From NCBI GenBank assembly GCA_030038295.1, contig JASHPF010000058.1, forward strand, positions 2,799 to 66,798: a stretch of DNA of 64,000 bases, in the 5' to 3' direction. This DNA comes from Streptosporangiaceae bacterium. Its GTDB lineage: Bacteria; Actinomycetota; Actinomycetes; Streptosporangiales; Streptosporangiaceae. The translations under genes were made by a program, and so were the position numbers. The notes below the pieces were generated by a model that saw nothing but the letters and a program-made list of their open reading frames with translations, searched no databases and was not told the DNA's origin. This document shows, piece after piece, positions 47,536 through 55,471 of the stretch. Every line of letters starts with the position of its first letter. The stretch's first letter is position 1.

Positions 47536-48645
47536 ATGCCAGGCGAGGATGCCATGACTGCTGTCTCTGACGTTACGAACCCGAGCATCACCGCTACCCC
47601 CGCTGGCGCCGACGATCCGGCGCTCACCACCAGCGTCCGCAGGGCACCACTGAATGACTTCCGGGACGAGCCGAAGAGCACCGCGGCGAAGGTTCTCATC
47701 GGGGTGTTCGTCGCGGTGCCGATGCTCGCCCTGGCCGCGGCTATACCGCTCGCGTGGGGCTGGGGACTCGGCTGGCACGACGTGGTCATCGCGCTGGTCT
47801 TCTACTACGCCTCCGGCCTCGGCATCAGCATGGGCTTCCATCGCTACTTCACGCACCTGTCCTACAAGGCCAAGCCCGGCCTGCGCATCGCGCTCGCCAT
47901 CGCCGGCTCGCTCGCCATCGAGGGCCCCGTCCTGACCTGGGTCGCCGATCACCGGCGGCACCACAAGTACAGCGACCGCGAAGGCGACCCGCACTCGCCA
48001 TGGCGGTTCGGCGACGACTGGCGGGCGCTCACCAAGGGTCTGCTGTGGGCGCACATGGGCTGGTTGTTCGACAGCAACCAGACCTCGCGCGAGAAGTTCT
48101 GCCCTGACCTGCTGGCGGACCGGAAGATCGCGCGCATCTCCGCCGCGTTCCCGGCGCTGGTCGTCGTATCGCTCCTGGCACCGGCGCTGATCGGCGGCCT
48201 GTGGTCGTGGTCCTGGCAGGGCGCGGTCACCGCGTTCTTCTGGGCCAGCCTGGTCCGGATCGCGTTCTTGCACCACGTCACCTGGTCCATCAACTCGATC
48301 TGCCACACGTTCGGCAAGAAGGAGTTCGAGGTCAGGGACAAGTCGCGGAACGTCAACTGGCTGGCCATCCTGTCCTTCGGCGAGTCCTGGCACAACCTGC
48401 ACCACGCGGACCCGACCTGCGCCCGGCATGGCGCCCTGCGCGGTCAGATCGACATCGCCGCCCGGCTGATCTGGTTCGCGGAGAAGCTTGGCTGGGCGTA
48501 CGACGTCCGGTGGCCGGACGAGGCCAGGCTTGCTGGCAAGCTCACCGGCAAGCGCCGCCTGGGCTCGATGACGATGCCGCGGCCCGTCGCGGCGGCGTCC
48601 GTGAGCTCCGAGCCGATTAGCCCGATTAGCCGCGGCGCCGCCTGA
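47536..48645 (+). CDS. Membrane acyl-CoA/acyl-lipid fatty acid desaturase (DesA3-like)
   Basis: Three histidine boxes: HRYFTH, HRRHHKYSD and HNLHH. Confidence 0.88.
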   Translation: MPGEDAMTAVSDVTNPSITATPAGADDPALTTSVRRAPLNDFRDEPKSTAAKVLIGVFVAVPMLALAAAIPLAWGWGLGWHDVVIALVFYYASGLGISMGFHRYFTHLSYKAKPGLRIALAIAGSLAIEGPVLTWVADHRRHHKYSDREGDPHSPWRFGDDWRALTKGLLWAHMGWLFDSNQTSREKFCPDLLADRKIARISAAFPALVVVSLLAPALIGGLWSWSWQGAVTAFFWASLVRIAFLHHVTWSINSICHTFGKKEFEVRDKSRNVNWLAILSFGESWHNLHHADPTCARHGALRGQIDIAARLIWFAEKLGWAYDVRWPDEARLAGKLTGKRRLGSMTMPRPVAAASVSSEPISPISRGAA

Positions 48646-48662
48646 CCGGCCAAGATGGAGCC

Positions 48663-49325
48663 GTGACAGACGAGCTGGCGTCGGCACCAGGCAGCAGACG
48701 GCGCATGACGGGCAAGGAACGGCGCGAGCAGCTGCTGGACATCGGGCGCAGGCTGTTCGCCGAGCGCGGCCTGGACGGCACCTCCATCGAGGAGATCGCT
48801 GCCCAGGCCGGTGTCTCGAAGCCGGTCGTCTACGAGCACTTCGGCGGCAAGGAAGGCCTGTACGCGGTCGTCGTCGACCGGGAGGTCGAGCGCTTCCTCG
48901 CCATGGCCACGAGGCTGCTCGAGGGCGAGGACACCATGGCCAAGTTCGAGATGGCCGCGGTGCAGCTGCTGCGCTACATCCAGGAGAACTCCGACGGCTT
49001 CCGCATCCTGGTCCGTGACTCCAACCCGACTTCCGGCTCGGGCACCTTCGCGAGCCTGATCAGCGACATCGCGAGCCAGGTCGAGTACATCCTCGGTGAC
49101 GTGCTGGCGCTGCGCGGCTACGACCCCGGACTCGCGCCCGTGTACGCCCAGATGCTCGTCGGCATGGTCGCCTCGGCCGGCCAGTGGTGGCTCGATGCGC
49201 GCAAGCCGGGACTCGAGGAGATGGCCGCGCACCTGGTCAACCTTGCGTGGAATGGCCTGCGCGAGCTCGACCCCCAGCCGCAGCTGTCGGCCGAGGCCAC
49301 GGAGCAGCTGCGCGAGTTACCGTAA
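48663..49325 (+). CDS. TetR/AcrR-family transcriptional regulator
   Basis: N-terminal HTH: RREQLLDIGRRLFAERGLDGTSIEEIAAQAGVSKPVVYEHFGGKEGLY. Confidence 0.88.
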   Translation: MTDELASAPGSRRRMTGKERREQLLDIGRRLFAERGLDGTSIEEIAAQAGVSKPVVYEHFGGKEGLYAVVVDREVERFLAMATRLLEGEDTMAKFEMAAVQLLRYIQENSDGFRILVRDSNPTSGSGTFASLISDIASQVEYILGDVLALRGYDPGLAPVYAQMLVGMVASAGQWWLDARKPGLEEMAAHLVNLAWNGLRELDPQPQLSAEATEQLRELP

Positions 49326-49345
49326 GGCTCGGCCGCCCGCATCTC

Positions 49346-50146
49346 CTAGGCCGGCGCGCTCCCGGCGGTCTTGTGCGCGACCACGAAGACGCGCCGGAAC
49401 GGCAGCACCGTTCCGTACGACGCGGCCGGGTAGGCCGCCCGGACCCGCTCCCCGTACTGCCGGACAAACTCGCGTGCCGCTGCGGGCGGGAGCGCGGCGA
49501 GCACCGGGCGCAGTCCGGAGCCCTTGTACCACTCGGTCACCGGATCCGCCCCGTGCAGCACGTGCAGATAGGTCGTCTCCCAGGCGTCGACGGCCAGCCC
49601 GGCCCGCGCCAGCACATCGAGGTAGGCCGCCGGGTCGGCCGACTGCCGGTTGAGCTGGGCGTCCGCCAGCAGGTCCCGCCAGCGGTCCGAGCCGGCCAGC
49701 TCGCGCAGGATGGCGTGGCTGGGCTGGTCGAAGTTGCCCGGCAGCTGGAAGGCGAGCCAGCCACCCGGCGATAGGTAGCTGGCCCAGTGCGGCAGCAGGT
49801 CCAGATGGCCGGGCACCCACTGCAGCACCGCGTTGGAGATGATCACGTCCACCGGCCGGTCGGGCTTGAAGTCCCTGACGTCGCCGAGCTCGAAGCTCAG
49901 CCGCCCGCCAGCGGACTCGCCCGCATACCTGGCTGCGGTCGCCGCGTCGATCATCTCCGCCGAAGAGTCGATGCCGAGGACGGTGGCGCGCGGCCAGCGC
50001 TGTGCCAGCGTCGCGGTCAACTGGCCCGGCCCGCAGCCCAGATCGACGACGCTGCCGGGTGCCGTCGCGGCGATCCGTGCGGTCAGGTCGAAGAACGGCC
50101 GCGCCCGCTCATCGGCGAAGTGGAGATACTGAGCCGGATCCCACAT
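49346..50146 (-). CDS. tam: Trans-aconitate 2-methyltransferase-like SAM methyltransferase
   Basis: Trimmed to ATG 50146 (MWDPAQYLHFADERARPFFDL) after GGAGGG. SAM motif VVDLGCGPGQLT. Confidence 0.72.
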   Translation of the reverse strand: MWDPAQYLHFADERARPFFDLTARIAATAPGSVVDLGCGPGQLTATLAQRWPRATVLGIDSSAEMIDAATAARYAGESAGGRLSFELGDVRDFKPDRPVDVIISNAVLQWVPGHLDLLPHWASYLSPGGWLAFQLPGNFDQPSHAILRELAGSDRWRDLLADAQLNRQSADPAAYLDVLARAGLAVDAWETTYLHVLHGADPVTEWYKGSGLRPVLAALPPAAAREFVRQYGERVRAAYPAASYGTVLPFRRVFVVAHKTAGSAPA

Positions 50147-50202
50147 GGCAGCCCTCCCTTGTCCGTCTGCGCGCGAGCCCAACCGTCAGCGGACCACAGG
50201 TG

Positions 50203-50258
50203 TCTCGACATCGAGATAGTGCGACCTGTCTACCGCGCCCGAAGTCTCGATGTCAAGA
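50203..50258. promoter_or_regulatory. Two related palindromic boxes (TCTCGA-ca-TCGAGA and TCTCGA-tg-TCAAGA) in the tam/marR divergent spacer
   Basis: Direct duplication of GTCTCGAnnTCnAGAGATA about 42 nt apart, immediately upstream of the MarR ATG. Confidence 0.45.
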
Positions 50259-50272
50259 GATATGCTCCGGGC

Positions 50273-50800
50273 ATGGCGCGCACCACGAGACCACTCAGCG
50301 ACGAGGTCGACGACATCGTCGCTCGATGGCGCGCCGAGCGGCCCGACCTCGACGTGACCCCCTTGCAGGTGCTCAGCCGGGTGTCCCGGCTGGCCCGGCA
50401 CCTGGACCGAGCCCGGCGCGCCGCGTTCGCGGCGCACAGCCTCGAGGCCTGGGAGTTCGATGTGCTGTCGGCGCTGCGCCGGGAAGGCCCGCCGTACCAG
50501 CTCAGTCCCGGTGCGCTGGTCCGCGCGACGCTCGTGACGTCGGGCACGATGACCAACCGCATCGACCGCCTCGCCGCGCGCGGCCTGGTCCGCCGGCATC
50601 CTGACCCGCTGGACAAGCGGGGCGTGCTGGTGGAGCTGACGGCCGCGGGCCGGCGCAGCGTGGACGCCGCCATGGCAGACCTGCTTGACCGGGAACGCGG
50701 CCTGCTGGCGGCGCTGCCCGACAGCCAGCAGCGGGACCTGGCCGGGCTGCTGCGCGTCTTGCTCGCGCCCTTCGACGCCACCGCGCCACCGCGATCGTGA
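50273..50800 (+). CDS. MarR-family transcriptional regulator
   Basis: ORF-track ORF 49787.. trimmed to ATG 50273 (MARTTRPLSDEV). Winged-helix block LSPGALVRATLVTSGTMTNRIDRLAARGLVRRHPDPLDKRGVLVELT. Confidence 0.88.
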   Translation: MARTTRPLSDEVDDIVARWRAERPDLDVTPLQVLSRVSRLARHLDRARRAAFAAHSLEAWEFDVLSALRREGPPYQLSPGALVRATLVTSGTMTNRIDRLAARGLVRRHPDPLDKRGVLVELTAAGRRSVDAAMADLLDRERGLLAALPDSQQRDLAGLLRVLLAPFDATAPPRS

Positions 50801-50824
50801 CCCTCCGTACGGCTGGGTCCGCGG

Positions 50825-51571
50825 CTACGCGCGCCGGGCCACGGACAGCGAATAGCCCTGGAGCGTGAAGCCCAGCGGGACCCGGTCGGTGGAGACGATC
50901 TCCCAGCCGAAGTCGACCTGCGTCAGCGTGTCGGTGCTCCGCAGGTACCCATGGCCGACCAGCCAGCGCAGCACGAGCAGGAGGTTCACCGATCCCTTCG
51001 CCTCGTGCGTGCCAGCCAGCACGAGGCTCACCATGCGCGCGTTACCCAGGTACACGCGGAAGTGCTGCCCGGCTAGCACCGCTTCGGACGACACGATGCC
51101 GGCCGGCTGCTGCCCGTGGTTGTCCACCCACACCATGACCTCGTCGCGATAGTCGTCGAGCCAGATGTCGTAGGCGGCCTCGGCGTCATAGCTGTCCGCG
51201 GCGGGCGGCATTGACTCGGCGAACGAGCTGGTCAGCGCCCGCAGTGCCGTCAGCGACGTGCGGCCAAAGTTCTCCTGCACGCAGGGATACGTCTTCACGC
51301 CGGCCGTGTCCGCCTGATCGGACACCACGCCCCAGTGGCCATAGGAGTCGGCCCACACGGTCTGCGGCCCGGCCACCGCCGCATTCCACTCGTTGTTGTA
51401 CACGTCGAAATCGCCGTCGCGCCAGAGGCCGAACTTCGCGGACGACTCCCACGCCGCCTGCGTCGGCACGACCACGGGCGCTCCGGGATGCGGTGCGGCC
51501 GCGCAGGCCGCCGCCAGCAGGCACACCGCCCCCGTCGGCAGCAGCCGGCCGACGTACGCCCAAGAACCCAT
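50825..51571 (-). CDS. Secreted glycoside hydrolase family 12-like protein (possible lipoprotein)
   Basis: GH12-like blocks VYNNEWN, AYDIWL, EVMVWV and VDFGWEI. Signal or lipobox-like LLAAAC. Trimmed to ATG 51571. Confidence 0.62.
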   Translation of the reverse strand: MGSWAYVGRLLPTGAVCLLAAACAAAPHPGAPVVVPTQAAWESSAKFGLWRDGDFDVYNNEWNAAVAGPQTVWADSYGHWGVVSDQADTAGVKTYPCVQENFGRTSLTALRALTSSFAESMPPAADSYDAEAAYDIWLDDYRDEVMVWVDNHGQQPAGIVSSEAVLAGQHFRVYLGNARMVSLVLAGTHEAKGSVNLLLVLRWLVGHGYLRSTDTLTQVDFGWEIVSTDRVPLGFTLQGYSLSVARRA

Positions 51572-51695
51572 GACCCCACCCGAGATCGGCAACCCGCGCG
51601 CCACGCGTCAAGCACATGAGCGGGCACCCGCCTTGCCAGATACCGTCGGCCAAGCCGGTGCCGCCGGCACCGCCAGCACGGGCACCCGGCTCCGG

Positions 51696-53537
51696 CTAGC
51701 CGCCGATTTCCTCCGCGACCTCGAGCCAGCGGTCTTCCAGCCCGGCCCGCTCCGCCTGAACGGCGCGCAGCTGGGCGCCGAGCTCGATCAGCATGGCGTA
51801 GTCGGTGGCGTGCGCGGCCAGGTCGGCGGACAGCTGCACCTCGGTGTCCGAGAGCCGGGTGATCTGCCGCTCCAGCCTGGCCAGCTCCTTCTGAGCCGCG
51901 CGCTGGCTGGCTGCGTTCTGGCGCCCCTCCGCCGCCGCACTCCGGCCTGGTGGCCCGTGTGCCGCCCCCAGACCCGGCGACCTCGCACCGGGCAACGCCG
52001 ACGCCACTCTGCCGGGCGCCGAGGCCTCGCGCAGCCGGAGGTACTCCTCGACCCCGCCCGGCAGGTAGGCGAGCTGCCCGTCGACGAGAGCGAGGACGTG
52101 GTCGGTGACCCGCTCGAGGAAGTAGCGGTCGTGGCTCACCACCACGACCGAGCCGGGCCAGCCGTCGAGCAAGTCCTCAAGCTCGGTCAGCGTCTCGATG
52201 TCCAGGTCATTGGTCGGCTCGTCGAGCAGCAGCACGTTCGGCTCGGACAGCAATAGCAGTAGGAGCTGCAGCCGCCGCCGCTCGCCACCCGACAGATCGC
52301 CGACCCGGGTCCACTGCCGGTCGGCCCGCAGTCCCACGAGGTCGAGCAGCTGGCTCACCGACAGCTCCCGGCGTCCCACCACCGCCGAGCTGCGCACCTG
52401 CTCGGCGGCCTCCAGCACCCGCAGGTCCGGGTCGACGACCGCGGCTTCCTGGGTGAGGAAGCCGGTCCGCACCGTGCTGCCCGTGACCACGTGGCCGTCG
52501 GCCACGACAGGATCGCCCGCCGGCGACGGCACGGGCAGGAGCCCGGCCAGCAACCGGAGCAGCGTGGTCTTGCCGGTGCCGTTGACCCCGACGATGCCGA
52601 CCCGGTCGCCGGGCCCGAGCTGCCAGCTCACGTGGTCGAGCAGCGTGCGGCCGCCCGCGGACACCGACACGTCCTCGAGCTCGACGACCGTCTTGCCGAG
52701 CCGGGCGGCCGCGAGCCGGGCCAGTTCGACGCCGTCCCTGGCGGGTGGTTCCCCGGCGATCAGCGCGTTCGCCGCCTCAATCCGGAACTTCGGCTTGCTG
52801 GTCCTGGCCGGCGGCCCGCGGCGCAGCCAGGCGAGTTCCTTTCGCAGCAGGTTGCGGCGCCGCTGGTCGGTCGCCGCCGCCACGCGCGCGCGTTCCGCCT
52901 TGGCGAGCACGTACGCCGAGTAGCCGCCCTCGTAGGCGTGTACCTGGCCGTCGGCGACCTCCCAGGTAAGCTCCGTGACCTCGTCCAGGAACCACCGGTC
53001 GTGCGTCACGACCACGTACGTTCGCGCGTGCTCGCGCAGGTACCCGGCCAGCCAGGTGATGGCCTCGAGGTCGAGGTGGTTGGTCGGCTCATCCAGCAGC
53101 AGCAGGTCGTAGCTGCCGCGCAGCAGCGCCGCCAGGGCGGCCCGTCGTCGCTCGCCCCCGGACAGCCGGTCGAGGTCAGCGCCGACGTCGATGCCGCCGA
53201 GCAGCCCGGCCACCGCGGACCGGCTGCGCGGATCGGCGGCCCACTCGTGCTCGGCCGCATCCCCGAACACCACCGCACCGACGGTCCCGGAGAGCTGCTC
53301 TCCCTGTGGCAGGTAGCCGATCGTGACGTCACGTCCCCTGGTGGCGCGGCCAGAGTCCAGCCCGGCGAACCCGGCCAGCGTCGCGAGCAGCGTCGTCTTG
53401 CCGGCTCCGTTGCGGCCGACGACGCCGATCCGCTGCCCGACGGACACCCCGAGCGACACCCGGTCAAGCAGCACGCGATCGGAGTAGGCCTTGCTCGCCT
53501 GTTCGAGGTTGACCAGGCTGGCGGCGGGCCGGGTCAC
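51696..53537 (-). CDS. ABC-F family ATPase (two ABC cassettes, no TM domain)
   Basis: GRNGAGKTT / LSGGERRRAAL / LLLDEPTNHLD and GVNGTGKTT / LSGGERRRLQL / LLLDEPTNDLD. Trimmed to GTG 53537, forming a GTGA overlap with the ispE stop. Confidence 0.88.
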   Translation of the reverse strand: MTRPAASLVNLEQASKAYSDRVLLDRVSLGVSVGQRIGVVGRNGAGKTTLLATLAGFAGLDSGRATRGRDVTIGYLPQGEQLSGTVGAVVFGDAAEHEWAADPRSRSAVAGLLGGIDVGADLDRLSGGERRRAALAALLRGSYDLLLLDEPTNHLDLEAITWLAGYLREHARTYVVVTHDRWFLDEVTELTWEVADGQVHAYEGGYSAYVLAKAERARVAAATDQRRRNLLRKELAWLRRGPPARTSKPKFRIEAANALIAGEPPARDGVELARLAAARLGKTVVELEDVSVSAGGRTLLDHVSWQLGPGDRVGIVGVNGTGKTTLLRLLAGLLPVPSPAGDPVVADGHVVTGSTVRTGFLTQEAAVVDPDLRVLEAAEQVRSSAVVGRRELSVSQLLDLVGLRADRQWTRVGDLSGGERRRLQLLLLLLSEPNVLLLDEPTNDLDIETLTELEDLLDGWPGSVVVVSHDRYFLERVTDHVLALVDGQLAYLPGGVEEYLRLREASAPGRVASALPGARSPGLGAAHGPPGRSAAAEGRQNAASQRAAQKELARLERQITRLSDTEVQLSADLAAHATDYAMLIELGAQLRAVQAERAGLEDRWLEVAEEIGG

Positions 53538-54496
53538 GACGGCTTGCCGTCCCGCAGCACCACCGCACCGGGAACGGGGCCGCTGGCCCGCGCGGCCGTC
53601 CGGCATACGCCCGAGCTGGTCAGCGCGACGGCCAGGTCGCTGGCGTGTGCCGCGTCGCGCGCCAGGAACGCACACGTGGGTCCCGAGCCCGACACGACCG
53701 CACCGAGCGCGCCGTGCTCCTGCCCGGCCGCGAGCGTACGGCGCAGCACCGGTCTCAGGGAAAGCGCGGCGGGTTGCAGGTCGTTGGTCAGCTGCGGGCC
53801 AACCCGGCCCGGATCACCCGATCGGAGCGCGGTCATCAGCTCGGCGCTCAGGGTGGGCTCGACCGGCGGCGGCTGCCCGCCGGCCTTCCCGCGGGCGGTG
53901 CGCAGCCGGTCGGAGGTCGCGTAGACCTGCGCGGCGGACAACCCGGACCGGGCGAACGCAAGCGCCCAGTGGTAGCTGCCCGCGGCCAGCGCCGGGGTCA
54001 CCTGCTCGCCCCGCCCGCGGCCGACCGCGGTGCCGCCCACCAGCGCGAACGGCACGTCGCTGCCGAGGTCGGCGGCTAGCTCGGCGAGCTCGGGTGCGGA
54101 AAGACCGGCCTGCCACAGCTCGTTGCACGCCACCAGCGTCGCCGCCGCGTCCGCGCTGCCGCCGGCCAGCCCGGCCGCGACGGGAATCCGCTTGCGGATC
54201 TCGATCCGGACCGCGCCGGTGCGCACCGCGGCGGCCTTGGCCAGCGCGCGAGCCGCCCGCCAGGCGAGGTTGGACCGGTCGGCCGGCACCGCAGCAGCGT
54301 CCTCGCCGGTGACCGTCAGCGCCATCGCGTCGGCGTGCCGTACCGTCACCTCGTCGAACAGCGACACCGCGTGAAAGACCGTGACCAGCGGGTGGTAGCC
54401 GTCAGCGCGCACGGGGCCCACCGCGAGCTGAAGATTGATCTTGGCCGGAACCCGCACGGTGACCGCAGAGCCGGACGGCCTGATAGCTGAAATCAC
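53534..54496 (-). CDS. ispE: 4-diphosphocytidyl-2-C-methyl-D-erythritol kinase
   Basis: 320 aa. PAKINLQLAVG. GHMP kinase motif IPVAAGLAGGSADAAA. Confidence 0.9.
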   Translation of the reverse strand: MISAIRPSGSAVTVRVPAKINLQLAVGPVRADGYHPLVTVFHAVSLFDEVTVRHADAMALTVTGEDAAAVPADRSNLAWRAARALAKAAAVRTGAVRIEIRKRIPVAAGLAGGSADAAATLVACNELWQAGLSAPELAELAADLGSDVPFALVGGTAVGRGRGEQVTPALAAGSYHWALAFARSGLSAAQVYATSDRLRTARGKAGGQPPPVEPTLSAELMTALRSGDPGRVGPQLTNDLQPAALSLRPVLRRTLAAGQEHGALGAVVSGSGPTCAFLARDAAHASDLAVALTSSGVCRTAARASGPVPGAVVLRDGKPS

Positions 54497-54548
54497 GACC
54501 CCACGATCGTAGCCGCATCCGGCCTGTCACCGACGGGCTCGGCACCGG

Positions 54549-54568
54549 CTGAGCCGCGGTCGGCTCAG
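54549..54568 (-). terminator. Hairpin CTGAGCCG-cggt-CGGCTCAG downstream of the membrane-protein gene
   Basis: Perfect 8-bp stem with a 4-nt loop, 10 nt after the stop at 54578 and upstream of ispE. Confidence 0.4.
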
Positions 54569-54577
54569 GAACTCAGC

Positions 54578-55471
54578 TCAGTCGCCACGTCGCTGCGAGC
54601 TGGCGCCCACACCCTCGCGATGAGCGTCCCCGTCGGCCGTGGCCGCGCTATCTGCTCGCTGCAGGCCAGCGAGCAACGCAGCGCCGAGCACCGTGCCAGC
54701 GAAGCCCAGAGCGCGCAAGATACCGGCAGGACCTCCTGGCAGGTGCTCCTGGAACACGACGATGCCGGCCAGGATGGGCAGCAGGTTAGTCATGAGGCTC
54801 GACACTCCGGCGGTTGCCATGGCGCTGCCGCGCTGGAACGCTAGCTGCAGCGACACGAACGCCAGTCCGTGGCTCACCGGGAGCAGCACGGCAAATACGT
54901 AGACCGGCCTGATACCGCTGACGGCGGCCTTGGTGGCGACGTCACCCGCCGCGTAGAGCAATCCCGACGCCAGCGCCAAGCCGGCGCCGGGCCGCAGCAG
55001 GCGAGCGGCCGGTCCCGCCGCAACCCCTGCTGCCAGCATCGACGCCAGGACCCACGTCAGCGGCAGGGGCCAGTCGGTCGGCGCGCTGTGCACGGTGCCC
55101 GACGGCAGCGACAGGCCGAGCAGCAGCAGCCCGCCGACCGACACCGCCACCGCTGCCCGTTCCCTGACCGACAGGCGCACTCCGCCCGCCCGCACGAGCA
55201 GGGCCAGCAGGCCCACGCCGCCCGCAGACGTGGCCTGAACCAGCGACAGCGGGGCCAGGTCGAGCGCGACGATGTAAAGCCCCCAGCCGAGCAGCCCGGT
55301 CGTGAAGGCAATGACCCAGCGGCGGTTGGTGAAGAGCGCAGCCAGTGACGTCAACGGGTGACGCAGGGTCAGCCTCGGGAGCCCGCCGGCGGCGGTGTGC
55401 TCGCCGTAAAAGGCCACGTTGACCGCGACAGTGGAGAGCAGCGCCAGCACCAGGCCGGCCGCGAGTCTCAT
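54578..55471 (-). CDS. Polytopic membrane protein (DMT/EamA-like look), function unknown
   Basis: 297 aa with about 9-10 hydrophobic segments. ATGA overlap with the upstream MprF-like gene. Confidence 0.6.
   Translation of the reverse strand: MRLAAGLVLALLSTVAVNVAFYGEHTAAGGLPRLTLRHPLTSLAALFTNRRWVIAFTTGLLGWGLYIVALDLAPLSLVQATSAGGVGLLALLVRAGGVRLSVRERAAVAVSVGGLLLLGLSLPSGTVHSAPTDWPLPLTWVLASMLAAGVAAGPAARLLRPGAGLALASGLLYAAGDVATKAAVSGIRPVYVFAVLLPVSHGLAFVSLQLAFQRGSAMATAGVSSLMTNLLPILAGIVVFQEHLPGGPAGILRALGFAGTVLGAALLAGLQRADSAATADGDAHREGVGASSQRRGD

Noticed and set aside
48613-48630. Exact 9-nt tandem duplication CCGATTAGC x2 at the desaturase 3' end, and a similar CACCCGGCT x2 at 63528-63545 inside rsmI
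   Set aside because: Each is only two units, in frame (PISPIS and GEPGEPG), and inside coding sequence. There are no spacers and no further copies. These look like small slippage duplications, not CRISPR or a regulatory array.
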